Counted from the first letter of the stretch, positions 9,134-19,079 are shown. The stretch is 64,000 bases of DNA from an uncultured delta proteobacterium (GCA_963792965.1 CAWBYW010000009.1:256001-320000), one strand, 5' to 3'. Translations and numbers: made by a program. Notes: generated by a model from the letters alone, not told the origin.

Positions 9134-9706
9134 TTACTCGTTAAATTTGAATGTTACCGCATCACAAGAAATATCGAGGATAACATTATTTTCTTTGACG
9201 GCTTTTTTCTTCATCGAGATATCTCTTATGTTGATAATCCGATCCAGTCTCCGCACCTTGTCCAGGAAGACCGCGTAGCTCTGATAGGTCCCCTCGATCC
9301 GTATGCTCACCGGAACCTCCGTGTATTTTTTGTCCTTAATCAGGACCTCTCTATCCGGCTGAAAGAGGAGAAAGGTAAGGCCTGATTCACGCCCCTTCGT
9401 GGAGATATTCGAGAGTATGCCCGGGATCTCCGAACTCTTAGGGATCTGTACCAACAGGAGGTTCAGGTCGGCCTCAAGTTCGCTCACCTTGGCCTTATAA
9501 GTCACCAGGTTTTTCTTGGTATCCTCAAGCTTCTGGAGCTCTTTCTTCTGGCTGTTCAAGTCATCGCTGACCTTGGTATACTCAGCCTGCTTGCCGGTGT
9601 ATATCCCGAAATAGTAAGCCGCCGCTATCAGGACCACGGTCCCGATGAGAATAAGCCCCTTATACTGAGCGGGGAGCTTCTTGACCATATCTGCTGAAAA
9701 CGCCAT
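9134..9706 (-). CDS. pilO: type IV pilus alignment protein PilO
   Basis: N-terminal TM, coiled coil, IPKSSEIPGIL, YTEVPVSIRIEGTY, RIINI. Confidence 0.93.
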   Translation of the reverse strand: MAFSADMVKKLPAQYKGLILIGTVVLIAAAYYFGIYTGKQAEYTKVSDDLNSQKKELQKLEDTKKNLVTYKAKVSELEADLNLLLVQIPKSSEIPGILSNISTKGRESGLTFLLFQPDREVLIKDKKYTEVPVSIRIEGTYQSYAVFLDKVRRLDRIINIRDISMKKKAVKENNVILDISCDAVTFKFNE

Positions 9707-9754
9707 TTCTTTCTCCTGCTACCTCAATTCGTCCTTATCCGTCCCGATGCAAAA

Positions 9755-10333
9755 TTACCCTTCTTTCTTCTTCTCCACCGGTATCTCGGTGGCCGGATAT
9801 TTAACCTTCATCGTCAGGGTAAAGCTGTTGACGGGAACCCCTCCCGATGTCGCCTTTTCGCTCTTCACGAGGTTCACGTTGGTAAAGTAGGGCCTGTTGG
9901 TGAGGCTTAACATGAAGGAGGCGATCGTTTCGTTGTCCGATGCATACCCCTTTACGGTCAGGCTGTCGCCTTTCAGGGTGAACTCATCGATCCAGAGGGT
10001 CGGGGGAATGGCCTGCGAGAATTCGTCGAGGAGATGAACGGGACCGTTACGACCTACCTCGAGGGTAGTGATAACGTTGCGTTTCCCTTCCAGGTCCTGA
10101 GTCTTCTTCTTGTATTCGTTGAGGTCACCGACCTCCTTCTTCAGATCGGCAACGGATTTGTCGACGCTGCCCTTTTCGTCGTCTACGCTCTTTATCTTAT
10201 TGTTGATGTTTATATGGAGATATGCAATACCCCCAAAGGTGAGCAGGATACAGAAAATATACAGGGCAACCTGCTGCTGAAAGGTATCCGTCTTTTTGAC
10301 TTCTCTGGTTGCGAGGAGATTTATCTTAATCAT
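9755..10333 (-). CDS. pilN: type IV pilus alignment protein PilN
   Basis: MIKINLL N-terminus, TM helix, IPPTLWI. Confidence 0.93.
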   Translation of the reverse strand: MIKINLLATREVKKTDTFQQQVALYIFCILLTFGGIAYLHININNKIKSVDDEKGSVDKSVADLKKEVGDLNEYKKKTQDLEGKRNVITTLEVGRNGPVHLLDEFSQAIPPTLWIDEFTLKGDSLTVKGYASDNETIASFMLSLTNRPYFTNVNLVKSEKATSGGVPVNSFTLTMKVKYPATEIPVEKKKEG

Positions 10334-11388
10334 CGGTCACCCACTCTTCTCAGTGCCAAACCGACTCCCACCGACCCAAAGGGGGCAATTTCCTGGATAT
10401 ATGCGGTGTCAAAAAGCTTCTCGTTGTAATCGATATTCGCAAAGGGATTGATAACCTCGATGGAGATGCCCGTCTTGTCGGCGATAATCTTTGGAAGACC
10501 GGGGGTCTTAGACGTGCCTCCGGAGAGGTACACCTTACTGATTGAATGGTGCGCCCCCTGGGAGAGAAAATAGTCGATGGTCTTCTGGATCTCCGAAGCC
10601 ACAAGGTCTCCGGAGACCTGATCGATCACCTTCTTCATATCGTCGCGCGAGATGTTCTTGCCCCCCTTGCCGAGCTTGAGCGCCTCCGCGTCGTCATAGC
10701 TGATGGAAAAGCGCTTCTGGAGCTCCTCGGTATACTGGTTACCGCCCGAGGCGATATCACGCGTGAAGGCGCTCATCCCGTTCTTCATAATGTTGATGTT
10801 GGTAAAGCTCGCACCGATGTTGACCAGAGCGACGATATCGCCGGTCTCAAACTGGTAGTTGACGTCAAACATGTTCTCGATGGCAAAACAGTCGACGTCA
10901 ACGATGACGACGTTAAGCCCGGCCTCGCTGATGACCGCCACATACTCATTGATGACGTCCTTCTTGGCGGCCGACAGGATTACTTCCATCTGGCCGGAGC
11001 CGTCGTCAAGGGTGTCAAGGATCTGAAAATCGATGTTGACGTCGGAGATATCGAAGGGGATATACTGCTCGGCCTCCCACTGGATCGATTCCTCCAGCTC
11101 CTCCTTCGACATGGAGGGAAGGGAGATCTTCTGAATACGAACGGCGTTTCCCGATACAGAGGTGACGACGTCTCTGACTTTGACCTTCAGGCTGGAAACG
11201 AGGCTGCCGATGGCGTCAACCACGGCGGCCGTGTCCATAATCGCCCCGTCAACGATCGTCTCCGGATGAAGCTCCGCGATGCCAAAGTTGGTGAGCTGAT
11301 ACCCCTTCTTGGCCTCTTTGATCTCGACCAGTTTGATCGAGCTTGACCCTATATCTATACCGATAACGTCCTTCTTCCTTCCAAACAT
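10330..11388 (-). CDS. pilM: type IV pilus actin-like protein PilM
   Basis: IGIDIGSSSIKLVE, WEAEQYIPF, LSGG, VGLALR. Confidence 0.96.
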   Translation of the reverse strand: MFGRKKDVIGIDIGSSSIKLVEIKEAKKGYQLTNFGIAELHPETIVDGAIMDTAAVVDAIGSLVSSLKVKVRDVVTSVSGNAVRIQKISLPSMSKEELEESIQWEAEQYIPFDISDVNIDFQILDTLDDGSGQMEVILSAAKKDVINEYVAVISEAGLNVVIVDVDCFAIENMFDVNYQFETGDIVALVNIGASFTNINIMKNGMSAFTRDIASGGNQYTEELQKRFSISYDDAEALKLGKGGKNISRDDMKKVIDQVSGDLVASEIQKTIDYFLSQGAHHSISKVYLSGGTSKTPGLPKIIADKTGISIEVINPFANIDYNEKLFDTAYIQEIAPFGSVGVGLALRRVGDR

Positions 11389-11403
11389 TTTCTTTCCCCT
11401 GGA

Positions 11404-11610
11404 CTATGTTGATGAGCTCGCAAAGACCTTCTCCTTCTCGTCCAGATCGAGCCCGAGCGCGAAGAGTATCTTCCGCTTCGTATCCATGCGGCATTCCTTC
11501 CCCTTTTCGATACGGTCGATAGTCAAAGGAGAAACCCCGGCTTTTCGTGCCAGCTCCGCCTTGCTCATGAGAAGCTGTTCCCGATAGTTCTTTACGTTAT
11601 TATGTCTCAA
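11404..11610 (-). CDS. small XRE-family helix-turn-helix protein
   Basis: REQLLMSKAELARKAGVSPLTIDRIEKG; TTG start with GGAGG SD; 15 bp upstream of pilM. Confidence 0.9.
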   Translation of the reverse strand: MRHNNVKNYREQLLMSKAELARKAGVSPLTIDRIEKGKECRMDTKRKILFALGLDLDEKEKVFASSST

Positions 11611-11672
11611 CCGCCTCCCCCCTGAAGTAATGAGGTTATTATTGGTATTGTACTGATATTCGTTTTTTGGAC

Positions 11673-11702
11673 ATTATAATAAATGGAAACGGGCAATGTC
11701 AA
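11673..11702 (-). promoter_or_regulatory. sigma70 promoter of the HTH-pilMNOPQ operon
   Basis: TTGACA-N18-TATAAT in an AT-rich block. Confidence 0.8.
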
Positions 11703-12270
11703 GCATTTTTTATGCATAATTAGTATTAAATTATACGTATCTTATTTTATTTATCGTATTTAAATACCATAAATTAGCTATACAAAGCGGAAAGCGATGC
11801 ATATTTTCCCGATTCTTTCGCCGTCAAAAGCAATCGTCGGTCTCGAATCGAAGAAGAAGAGGGGAAAAGGAGTAATTCGTTGCATTGGTGGCGGTACCTG
11901 GGCAGGGATATCGACAGGCGGCGATGGGTGAGCTCATAAATGTCCACGATAGTGAATATCCAGCGAGCTTTGTCTCCGTCCTCGCCGTGCGGGCGACTCC
12001 CTTTTTCATTCAGGTAGGGAAAAGGGACAGGCGACTATGGAGACACGCCATCCTGCGCGATAAAGGAGACCCCGGGAAAAAGGGCGCCCGATGCGAAACA
12101 TCGGTGGATAGAAAGGACGCATGCGCCCACACCTTGCCGGAGATGAACCGGAACGAATACGCGCGTCTATATCTTGCCGTCGAACCGTGGAGAGAGCCGT
12201 ATCGACGTGACCTTCAGCGTCCTCCCATAAAGCGCCCGGGACGCGGCGTATGGTCCGCCCCCCCATGTAC

Positions 12271-14322
12271 CTATGGTACGGACATGCTCCGATCCCTTCC
12301 GCCTTCCTTGGCGGCATAGAGGGCTTTATCGGCGACCTTCATCAGACTATCGGGAAGTCTCGCGTTGTCGGGGAAGGTTGCGATGCCCACGCTCACCGTC
12401 ACCGATATCTTTTTCTTGCCGGAAGGAACCGGGTTCTTCTTCATGGCCTTCCGTATCCGCTCAGCCGTGACAAAAGAGCTCTTATTCGAGCTGTTAGGCA
12501 GCAGCACCGCGAATTCCTCGCCCCCGATCCGTGAGACAACATCGACCTTCCTCGTTGCGGAAAGGATCGTCTGTGCCACCGCCTTGATCACTTCATCACC
12601 CGCCGGATGACCGTAGGTATCGTTTATCGCCTTGAATTTATCGATATCAATCATGAGGAGCGACAGCGGCTCCGTATAGCGATCCGCGTGCTCCCAGGTC
12701 CGCCTGAGGGCCTTATTGAAGCTTCTCCGATTATAGAGGCCGGTGAGAGGATCGGTGACGGCAAGCCGCTTGAGCTTTGCCATCGACCTGATGCCCGTGA
12801 TCGAAACGGCGGCCAGGTTCAACACGACCTCAATCAGTCGGATATGGAAGGACGATGGAGGGGTCTTGGAATGAGTATGAATCGTAAAGGTCCCCGTGAC
12901 GCCTTCTTCGTAGACCAGTGGGAAGACGGCAAGCGATCCCTCGCCGTCCACCGGGATCGCCTCGCCAAAGATATCGCGCCTTCTCTCCTTTTGCGAAAAC
13001 ACGAGATATTTATTGTTCCGGCAGACCCACCCCACCAGCGAATCATCGTTACTGAAGCGCCGCCTCTCGAACTTTTCGGCGTCCTGGCCGCATGAGGAGA
13101 TGATCTCACTGTCGGCACCCCGTGTCACGGTAAAGGCCATGGTTCGGACGGGAAGCATTCTCTGGCAAAACCCGTAGACGATCGTGCAGACGTCTTTCGT
13201 CCGTCTGGCCCCCGCGAGCTCCCGGCTCACCCCATACAACTCCTCAAACTCCGTAAGGCCCAGGGACAATCTTCTGAGGTGCACGATGATGTTTTGCATA
13301 TCCCGAACCATTACCGCGACAAGCTCGAGAAAAGCGACGTCTTTTTTCGTTATCCCGTTTTCTCTCCTGCTATCGCACACCAACAGTCCCAACGACTCAT
13401 CCCCGTCGACGACCGGGACGATCGAGATCACGCAAACCCCCTGCGACGTTTTGCGGTAATATCCTGGATCGATCCGATGCGATCCCTGTCCGGAGGTCAA
13501 CAGCAGCGGCATCTTCTGCCCCAAGGCCTTGCGATAAATCTCAAGGTCCATACGCGCCTCGAAATCGAAGGCCTCGTCTGTGGAGACGCCTTCACGGATC
13601 CTGAGGAGGTCCGAACTGCCCGAAGGGACGAGAAAGGCGACCGTATTGGCCGCGAGCGCCGCCTTCGCCCGGTCGAGGATCTCAAAGAGGAGGTCATCGA
13701 TATCCGCAAGGGTCCTGGCGGCCTCTTTACCGACCCCTTTCTCCGAGATTGATTTATCTCGCTCAAAGATCCCGGAAAAGACGCCCTTGAGGTCCTCTTC
13801 AAAACGCCTGAGCCTTTTTGCGGCCTCGTGCCGACGGAGAGATTCAACCCGCCCGTAAAACAGGAAGAACCCGAAGAAGAACAGCAGCATAAGCCCACGC
13901 TCGATTGATTCCGAGACTGGGGACGCGTAATCGGCGACCAGGAAGCGCGGGAGAAGATCGGCGGCGACCAGGAGTGCAAAGAGAAGAAATCCGATGCCCG
14001 GTCGGATCGTCAGCGCCAGGATCGATGCCGTAAAATAGGTGACGGGTAAGAGCGGAGAGGACAAAAAGCCGGTGATCTGAACCAGGACCGCCGTAATTAT
14101 GACAAACAGGACACCGAACTCGATTTCCGCAAGCCTCAGGCCCGACGACCTGCCGAATCGCACGGCCGCCCTGATAAAGAGCCCGAGTAGCGGCACGACG
14201 AGAACCACCCTCGTCAGGGCATATTCGGCCCGGGGGACGAAGAAACCGAAGATGACGAGTGAGAAATAGATGCAGAAGACGGCAAGGGAAAAATAGGCCG
14301 AAACATATGAGCCCCTTTTCAG
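12271..14322 (-). CDS. membrane diguanylate cyclase (about 6 TM + 2 GAF + GGDEF), DmxA-like
   Basis: TDPLTGLYNRR, DIDKFKAINDTYGHPAGD, RKVD I-site, GGEEF. The ORF track starts it at 14208, but the frame stays open to a CTG at 14322 preceded by GGAGGA. Confidence 0.9.
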   Translation of the reverse strand: MKRGSYVSAYFSLAVFCIYFSLVIFGFFVPRAEYALTRVVLVVPLLGLFIRAAVRFGRSSGLRLAEIEFGVLFVIITAVLVQITGFLSSPLLPVTYFTASILALTIRPGIGFLLFALLVAADLLPRFLVADYASPVSESIERGLMLLFFFGFFLFYGRVESLRRHEAAKRLRRFEEDLKGVFSGIFERDKSISEKGVGKEAARTLADIDDLLFEILDRAKAALAANTVAFLVPSGSSDLLRIREGVSTDEAFDFEARMDLEIYRKALGQKMPLLLTSGQGSHRIDPGYYRKTSQGVCVISIVPVVDGDESLGLLVCDSRRENGITKKDVAFLELVAVMVRDMQNIIVHLRRLSLGLTEFEELYGVSRELAGARRTKDVCTIVYGFCQRMLPVRTMAFTVTRGADSEIISSCGQDAEKFERRRFSNDDSLVGWVCRNNKYLVFSQKERRRDIFGEAIPVDGEGSLAVFPLVYEEGVTGTFTIHTHSKTPPSSFHIRLIEVVLNLAAVSITGIRSMAKLKRLAVTDPLTGLYNRRSFNKALRRTWEHADRYTEPLSLLMIDIDKFKAINDTYGHPAGDEVIKAVAQTILSATRKVDVVSRIGGEEFAVLLPNSSNKSSFVTAERIRKAMKKNPVPSGKKKISVTVSVGIATFPDNARLPDSLMKVADKALYAAKEGGRDRSMSVP

Positions 14323-15092
14323 TTGTCTCCTCCCATCAGGAGGACCTGGGCTTCCCGTGCGGAGTCCGAATCCGGGGAGAGTCGAATCACCTCCTTGAAC
14401 TCCGCGTCCGCCGACATTGCTTTATTCAGCTTCAGATAGGCTTTCCCGAGCAAGAGGTGGGCATCCGGGGAATCCGGGGCGTAGCCGAGGAGCCGTTTCG
14501 TGATTTCCGCTACGCCCTCATAGTCCTTCAGGCTCAAATAGACCAGCGCCAATTGATAATAGGGCGGGAGAAAATCTTCCTTTATCTGAATCGTTGATTT
14601 GAAATACGTTACGGCTTTTTCCTGGTCTTTCATCGCCAGATAGGTAAGGGCGATGTTGTAGTAAGCCTTTTCCGGCTCGTGAAAGAGGATGTTGTCCAAG
14701 GCCTTATTGAACTCGGCGATCGCCTCGTCGTACCGGCCCAATTCCCTCAGGACAATCCCCTTACCGACGTACGAGCTCGAGTAGTTCTTGTCAATAGACA
14801 GTGACTTATCAAAATAGGAGATCGCAAGATCATATCTCTTGAGCATATAGCAGGCCTGCCCCATGGAGAAATAGAGCTCCGGCACCTTTTTATATTTCTC
14901 GGCCGCGAGAAACTCCTCCATGGCAAATGACGGCTCGTTGCCCGAGAGTCGCGCGATGCCCATATTATAATGAAGGGTGTATTTTGCATCGTTGTAGTCC
15001 GATGTTCCGACATTCGTCGGGGTGCTCACGCACGCGGTAAGGAGGACCGCAAAGAAAAGGATGACAAAGGTATTTTTCATCATATCGCTCAC
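14319..15092 (-). CDS. TPR lipoprotein, Tgl/PilF-type secretin pilotin
   Basis: Lipobox LTAC; about 6 TPRs; close to pilMNOPQ. Confidence 0.8.
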   Translation of the reverse strand: MSDMMKNTFVILFFAVLLTACVSTPTNVGTSDYNDAKYTLHYNMGIARLSGNEPSFAMEEFLAAEKYKKVPELYFSMGQACYMLKRYDLAISYFDKSLSIDKNYSSSYVGKGIVLRELGRYDEAIAEFNKALDNILFHEPEKAYYNIALTYLAMKDQEKAVTYFKSTIQIKEDFLPPYYQLALVYLSLKDYEGVAEITKRLLGYAPDSPDAHLLLGKAYLKLNKAMSADAEFKEVIRLSPDSDSAREAQVLLMGGDN

Positions 15093-16000
15093 AATGATAT
15101 CAATAATCTGACGACCGACTGATGTCCGCCCCGGCCGGTGCCCGTGTCTTTTCCGCCCTTTTGCTCGGTCGGCTTCGTTCCCTCAGTGCGGTCGACTTGC
15201 TTGAACCCCTCTCTCTTGGGCATCTCTCTGATGGATGCGATCTCTTCGGATATCTCCTGGCCGAGGTCAAATGATTGCTCCTTCTGCTCCGTTTTCCGCA
15301 CCGTTATTCGGTCCGGAGTCCGGTCGCTTTTCTCCACCGGCTTGCGCTCAGGTTTCTCCTCCGTTCTTCGTATCGGTTTTGCGGCCGGCTCCTTCTTCTC
15401 TTTCTTCTCCTCCTTTTTCGGCAGAGGCTTTTCTTCAGCGGATACCTCGTGAACGATGTCGCTGAGGCTCTCGTACTCCTCGGGTTTCGGGGGTGGCTCC
15501 TCTATGGGGACCTCTTCGAGGACTTCCTCGTATACTTCTTCGTACTCGGTCTCCGATTCACGCATCCGGGCTTCCGCCTTCTTCGCGCTCGCTTCCGATG
15601 CCTTCCTCTCCTGCGACTCCTGGAAATTATCAACAAAGGGCGCCAGATTCGTGACGTACTCGGATCTCTTCTCGGGTGAAAACCCGTCGAAGCTTTCCCG
15701 CACCATCATGAACCCCATATCCTCCGTGAATCGAACGGCCTCCTGCTCCAGGGCGATGCGCGCGGATTCGGACGTCGGGTCCTTATCCGCCGTGTAGAAG
15801 AGCCGCTCCCCTTCCTGTATGATATGAAAACAGATGACGACAGGCTGGCTCTTCCCCTTTCGCACCGAGACGATGAAGGCGTCCGCCTGCTGGGACGGCC
15901 CCGTGACGGCAACAATCGGTCGGTTTGTGGACACAAGAAGCGTGATAACGTCGGAAGGCTGCGCGTCGAGCTTTTGAAGGGAATGGTTAACGGTAAACAT
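15089..16000 (-). CDS. conserved hypothetical protein of the tgl-upstream type, with charged low-complexity C-terminal half
   Basis: Globular N-domain (S-x-N-x-P-x-VA...EAVRFTEDMGFMM) and terminal RLLISL resemble, from recall, the ORF preceding myxobacterial tgl. The ORF-track TTG start at 16051 coincides with a -35 box, so ATG 16000 or 16009 is preferred. Confidence 0.65.
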   Translation of the reverse strand: MFTVNHSLQKLDAQPSDVITLLVSTNRPIVAVTGPSQQADAFIVSVRKGKSQPVVICFHIIQEGERLFYTADKDPTSESARIALEQEAVRFTEDMGFMMVRESFDGFSPEKRSEYVTNLAPFVDNFQESQERKASEASAKKAEARMRESETEYEEVYEEVLEEVPIEEPPPKPEEYESLSDIVHEVSAEEKPLPKKEEKKEKKEPAAKPIRRTEEKPERKPVEKSDRTPDRITVRKTEQKEQSFDLGQEISEEIASIREMPKREGFKQVDRTEGTKPTEQKGGKDTGTGRGGHQSVVRLLISL

Positions 16001-16022
16001 CTCAACCATAACAATTTTGTAC

Positions 16023-16051
16023 ACTTTATCAGACTCTGTAAATCTTGTCAA
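16023..16051 (-). promoter_or_regulatory. sigma70 promoter of the tgl-cyclase operon
   Basis: TTGACA-N17-TAAAGT. Confidence 0.65.
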
Positions 16052-16086
16052 TCAATACGCATCGAAGGGAAACGGACCCGGGCGGC

Positions 16087-16277
16087 TGAGGGAAAATCCG
16101 GGGCAACCGAGACGGCACCCACCCTCTTGTTTCGGACGTGCCGATGAGCACCGGCCGCCCGCCTTTTGCCCCTCGGCGGTTGTGGGAAGGCCCGCCCTCA
16201 GCCCTTAGGAAGCCGACCTTCGCCGATCGAGTCCGTGCGCGGTAGTCGTCTCTTGCCGGATTATTGCCCTTCCCTCA
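16087..16277. repeat. 191-bp imperfect inverted-repeat (fold-back) element
   Basis: Nested pairs TGAGGGAA/TTCCCTCA, AATCCGG/CCGGATT, GGCAA/TTGCC, GAGACGGC/GTCGTCTC, CGGAC/GTCCG. Confidence 0.65.
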
Positions 16278-16285
16278 TAAAACCC

Positions 16286-16314
16286 TTGATTTCACGATTC
16301 AATTTCACTATACT
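16286..16314 (+). promoter_or_regulatory. sigma70 promoter of the LarA-like gene
   Basis: TTGATT-N17-TATACT, with AGGAG SD before ATG 16353. Confidence 0.6.
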
Positions 16315-16352
16315 TATATTTCAATATCACCCTTGCATTACAGGAGCCTCCC

Positions 16353-17900
16353 ATGCCGTCATACAAGCGGGAATTCGTATTTTCAGGTGACGATCTCTTC
16401 ATTCACGATTTCCCGGAAAAGACCCGGATCATCTATCCACTCGAAGCGCTGCCCGGCCTCAATCGATGAGCGCGCCGAGATCATAAAGGCGCTGGACCGA
16501 CCCTTCGGCGCGCCTCCGCTCATTAGCCAGGTAAACTTCGCCTCCCGCGTTACGATTGCCTTTGACGACCCCTGCCTTCCCGTTCCCCATATGTATCGCG
16601 ACCCGAGGGGCCAGGTCATCGAGGTGGTGATCGAAAAGCTCCTGGCCGCCGGCGTCAAGAAGGAGAATATCCGTCTCATCTGTGCCGGCGGGCTCCATCG
16701 CAAGTGGACCCTCCCGGAGCTCCGGGCGATTCTCGGCAAGAAGGTCGTTGACGAGTTCAGACAGCAGATCAGTTGCCATGACGCGGAGGATCCCCGGCAG
16801 ATCGTCTCGCTCGGCACAACCTCGGAAGGTGAGGACGTGGAGATAAACCGCGCGGCCATCGAGTGCGATCTTCTCATCTACGTCAACCACAACTATATCA
16901 CCATGAACGGGGGACACAAATCGGTCGCCGTAGGGCTTTCCACCTATAAGAGCGTCCGTCACCATCACCGCCCCCCCGCCCTCAAGATCGGCTCCCTGAT
17001 GGATCCGACGACCTCCGGCATGCACGCCTCCATCAACCGCATGGGAGAGGTGATCAAGGGACACGTCAATCTTTTTCAGATCGAGTCGGTCATCAACAAC
17101 GACCTGTGGCCCGGCTCCCTCAAGAAACATCTCACCCCCATCGGACGGACGACGAGCCGCCAGCCCACGTCCATCGTGAAGGCTTCGATCCCTCTTTCGG
17201 CGAAGATGTCCGGCAAGATCAAGGCGTACGTCCGCGAACACCTGAGGGCCGGCTACAGTATGATCGGCGTCAATGCGGGAAAAGTCGAGGAGGTGCATAA
17301 AAAGACCCTCGAGCTCCTCTTCCCCCAGCAGAACACCCTGGTTCGGGGCCAGTCCGATATCGTCATCTACGGCGTCCCGAATTTCTGCCCCTATTCGACC
17401 TTCTCGACCATCAACCCTATGCTGGTCATCACGATGGCGATGGGGTACTACTTCAACTGCCACCGTAACAAGCCGCTCGTCAAGAAGAACGGTGTCGTGA
17501 TCATCAATAATCCGCTGACGGAGCAGTTCAACCCGAGGCATCATCCCTCCTATATCGACTTCTACAAAAAGTACCTCCCCAGCACGCCAACCCGGAGACG
17601 ATCCCCGAAAAGCTCGAGGAAGCATTCGCGAAGGATCAGAACTATATCGACCTGTACCGGACACAGTTCGCCTTCCACGGCGTGCATGCGATCCTGGCAT
17701 GGTATTGGGCCTCCAAGGGGCTCACCCACGTAAAAAACGTGATCGCCGCGGGGGCCGACCCCGAAGTTGCCAAGCACCTGGGGCTCCTGCCCGCCGCCGA
17801 CCTCACCTCCGCCATTACGATGGCTGAGGAGATCATGGGCAAAGACGCCTCGCTCTCCTACCACTACCTGATCCCGCTCTCAGCGGTGGACGTAACGTAG
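16353..17900 (+). CDS. LarA-like (lactate racemase N-domain/DUF2088) protein; two apparent frameshifts near 16460 and 17580
   Basis: IAFDDPCLP, ICAGGLHR, HDAED, EINR, MNGGHKS. The N-terminus (MPSYKREFVFSGD) and C-terminus (FHGVHAILAWYW) lie in another frame. Confidence 0.75.
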
Positions 17901-18000
17901 GCCGCCATTACGGGAACAGAACAGTGGACAAGATACGGCGACTTTCGATAGATGAAAGTCTGTGCCCGATATCGGGCAACCCATGTGGTGGAGGTAGTAA

Positions 18001-19053
18001 ATGAAGAAGATCATTGTCGCAATTTTGGCTTTATTCTCTCTGGCTCTCTTTCTCCCGGCCGCTTTCGCGGCCGACCCCGATGCGCGCTTTGCGCCGACGC
18101 TGAGGGTAGGCGTCGCCTTTGACGCCGAGGCGCCCCACCCTGTCGTTCGTAGACCGGGACGCAAATCTGCTCAACATCAAGACACTCGACGTGAGCCTTC
18201 CGAACGCCGGCCGGCTCTACCTTGCCACCGAGCTCCCCTACAGGGTGACCGACCGGCTCACGGTCTCGCTTGAGGGCGACTGGACGTTTTCCGGCTCCGG
18301 CAGGGAGATGGACGAGGCATACAGCGGTGCTTTGGCCGCGGCAGCCAGGCAGTGGGACGCCGACGGCACCCTCCACTGGGTATCGGCCGATTTCTTGGTG
18401 TCGTACGCCCTTATCAAGGACGCCGCGTTGATAAAAGATCTCTCGGTGGTCGCGGGCCTGCGCTGGGACTACCAGATCAATGAACTTCGACGAACGCGCG
18501 CTTCACCGGCAACATGTCTCCTCGACCGGTCGACACGATCAACTTCAGGATGCAGACCCTGACGCCCGTCGCTGGGCTCAACTGTACCCTCACGGGCATC
18601 AAGTCACGGGATCTGGGGAGGCGACATAAACCTCCGCGTCCTGGCAGGGCCGGTCGTTTGGGGGCATGAGGATTACACCGAAAAATTCGGGAATGGGATT
18701 CAAAATTTTATTGAGTTCGATAATGACCTGAGCCACGGCTATATCGTGAAGGCCTTTGCCGACGTCACGGTGCTCTCAGGCTCAGATCGCCCCGTGTGTC
18801 GACGGCTCGCTCTCCATTTTCGCCCAGTATACCAAGACCAACGTGAAGGGCGCGATTGAGGGAGAGTCCTTCCGGGCATGGCCCGTTTCAAACGTCCCCG
18901 GGCGATTTCGAGGCTGACAACAGCGTGTTCGTCGTCGGCATCGCCGCATCCTTGGCGTTCGACATCTGCGGAAAGCCGACGCCGCCCGCCCCTCCCGCCG
19001 CGCCCGTCGTGCCGGCTCCTGCGCCCCAGCTGACGCCGATGAGCCAAAAGTAG
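18001..19053 (+). CDS. secreted outer-membrane beta-barrel-like protein, copy 1 (multiple frameshifts)
   Basis: GGAGGT SD; signal peptide MKKIIVAIL...AFA; alternating strands (WVSADFLVSY, VVAGLRWDY, VFVVGIAASLAF); Pro-rich tail. Confidence 0.7.
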
Positions 19054-19079
19054 ATCGGCACTCCTACAAGATACGAACC

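Noticed and set aside
11824-12319. Short ORFs in the cyclase-HTH gap
   Set aside because: No SD, no motifs and atypical composition; the region looks non-coding.
16087-16277. 6S RNA call for the 191-nt hairpin
   Set aside because: The size fits, but I saw no recognisable 6S central-bubble sequence, no good promoter, and not the usual zapA/5-formyl-THF cyclo-ligase context. Kept only as an unassigned element.
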